57,601 nt of DNA. It comes from Candidatus Omnitrophota bacterium (GTDB lineage: Bacteria > Omnitrophota > Gorgyraeia > JABMRG01). Under the pieces are notes generated by a model that saw nothing but the letters and a program-made list of their open reading frames with translations, searched no databases and was not told where the DNA came from. Below are positions 56,218-57,601 of this stretch, one piece after another (position 1 is the first letter of the stretch; each line of letters opens with the position of its first letter). The stretch spans positions 1-57,601 of the forward strand of contig JAQUQI010000010.1 in assembly GCA_028716165.1 (NCBI GenBank), read 5' to 3'. The translations under genes and the position numbers were made by a program.

Positions 56218-57601
56218 ATGGGTATACTTGATTCAATACAATCTCCCCAAGATCTTAAAGGGTTAAGCTGGAATGAGCTGGCACAACTTGCAGGCGAGAT
56301 AAGGGGTTTTATGGTTGATACTGTTTCAAAAACAGGCGGGCATCTTGCTCCAAGCCTTGGCGCCGTTGATCTTATATTGGCCCTGCATTATTGTCTGGAT
56401 ACCCCCAAAGATAAGATTGTTTTTGATGTAGGCCACCAGGCATACGCGCACAAAATTATTACCGGAAGAAAGAATAGCTTTCATACTTTAAGACAAAAAG
56501 GCGGCATAAGCGGTTTCCCCAACGCGGATGAAAGCGAATATGATGTGTTTACCGTAGGCCATGGCTCCACGTCAATATCAACAGCCTTAGGCCTTTGCTG
56601 CGCTCGCGACATCAAATCTTCCGGAGAAAAGATAGTAGCTGTTATTGGAGACGGGTCATTAGGCGGCGGTATGGCATTTGAAGGGCTTAACCATGCCGGC
56701 CAGCTGAAGAAAGATATAGTAATTATTTTGAACGATAATGAGTTCTCTATATCCCCAAGCGTGGGTGCCTTTAGCAGGTATCTTAACCGCGTGATAACCA
56801 ATCCCATGTACAATAGGATTAGAAGCGACATGGAAAGGCTTATCAGGCGCGTGCCCAGGTTGGGATTCAGGCTGGCGAAAGCGGCCCAAAAACTTGAAGA
56901 AGGGCTGAAAAATCTGCTTGTTCCAGGTATCATCTTTGAAGAAATGGGTATAAGATATTTCGGGCCTGTGGACGGACATAATATAAAAGCCATGGCAGAA
57001 GTAATGAATAATGTCATGTCCTTTAAGGAACCCAGAATGATACATGTCGTTACTAAAAAAGGCAAGGGTTTTAAATTCGCGGAAAACGCGCCCGCGAAAT
57101 ATCACGGTATAGTGCCGTTTGATACCGAGGATGGTACGTCTCTTGTCCAAAGCGGAGATAGTTTTACCACGGGTTTTGGCGAAAAAATAGTTGAATTGGC
57201 GTCCAAAGACAAGAGGATAGCCGCTGTTACGGCGGCCATGACAGAGGGGACGGGGCTTAGCAAATTTGAAAAAATATTTCCGGACAGGTTTTTTAATGTG
57301 GGAATGGCAGAAGGCCATGCCGTAGGTTTTGCCGCCGGCCTTGCCAAAAAAGGTTTGATACCTGTTGTGGCGGTATATTCCACATTTTTGCAAAGAGCGT
57401 ATGACCAAATTATACATGATGTGGCCTTGCAGGGCCTGCATGTCGTGTTTTGCTTAGACAGGGCAGGCGTTGTGGGAGAAGATGGCGCTACCCATCACGG
57501 GGTGTTTGATATATCTTATTTGCGCCATATACCTAATATTGTTTTAATGGCTCCGAAAGACATACCGGAACTTAAACTTATGCTTGAATACGCCGTAGGT
57601 T
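56218..57601 (+). CDS. dxs: 1-deoxy-D-xylulose-5-phosphate synthase (truncated by window end; absent from ORF track)
   Basis: Manual translation from ATG 56218 gives MGILDSIQSPQDLK...GGHLAPSLGAV, DVGHQAY, GDGSLGGGMAFEGLN and YSTFLQRAYDQ. Confidence 0.97.
   Translation, partial: MGILDSIQSPQDLKGLSWNELAQLAGEIRGFMVDTVSKTGGHLAPSLGAVDLILALHYCLDTPKDKIVFDVGHQAYAHKIITGRKNSFHTLRQKGGISGFPNADESEYDVFTVGHGSTSISTALGLCCARDIKSSGEKIVAVIGDGSLGGGMAFEGLNHAGQLKKDIVIILNDNEFSISPSVGAFSRYLNRVITNPMYNRIRSDMERLIRRVPRLGFRLAKAAQKLEEGLKNLLVPGIIFEEMGIRYFGPVDGHNIKAMAEVMNNVMSFKEPRMIHVVTKKGKGFKFAENAPAKYHGIVPFDTEDGTSLVQSGDSFTTGFGEKIVELASKDKRIAAVTAAMTEGTGLSKFEKIFPDRFFNVGMAEGHAVGFAAGLAKKGLIPVVAVYSTFLQRAYDQIIHDVALQGLHVVFCLDRAGVVGEDGATHHGVFDISYLRHIPNIVLMAPKDIPELKLMLEYAVG

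Overview
This is a core chromosomal segment around a probable replication origin. Genes run leftward on the minus strand up to dnaA: V-type ATPase A/DUF2764/E; the pyr operon with PyrR attenuator; lpxA-rsmI-glmS; a membrane-anchored hypothetical; tRNA-Glu; gyrA-gyrB-dciA-dnaN-dnaA. From rpmH onward they run rightward on the plus strand: rpmH-rnpA-yidD-yidC; parS-parA-parB; ndk-yicC-remA-gmk-rpoZ-coaC-coaB; tRNA-Cys; a frameshifted MFS gene; a Fur-boxed DUF5320/NifB-NifX/ferredoxin-ATPase/MBL cluster; tRNA-Val; a cupin; tRNA-Leu; thrS-infC-rpmI-rplT-trkH-trkA-pheS-pheT; 6S RNA; rarA-cysK-DUF39; fau-rny-ymdB-xseA-xseB-ispA-dxs. Gene content suggests an anaerobic diderm bacterium, plausibly Candidatus Omnitrophota (inference, not tested). 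I saw no CRISPR array, integrase or transposase. The best candidate for an uncharacterised system is the Fur-controlled metallocluster-handling operon at 31.7-37.2 kb. Next are the ChaN/TIKI-like membrane protein at 12.2-13.8 kb and the EndoQ nuclease embedded in the PyrR-attenuated pyr operon. All family assignments come from motifs recognised by eye; no database searches were run.
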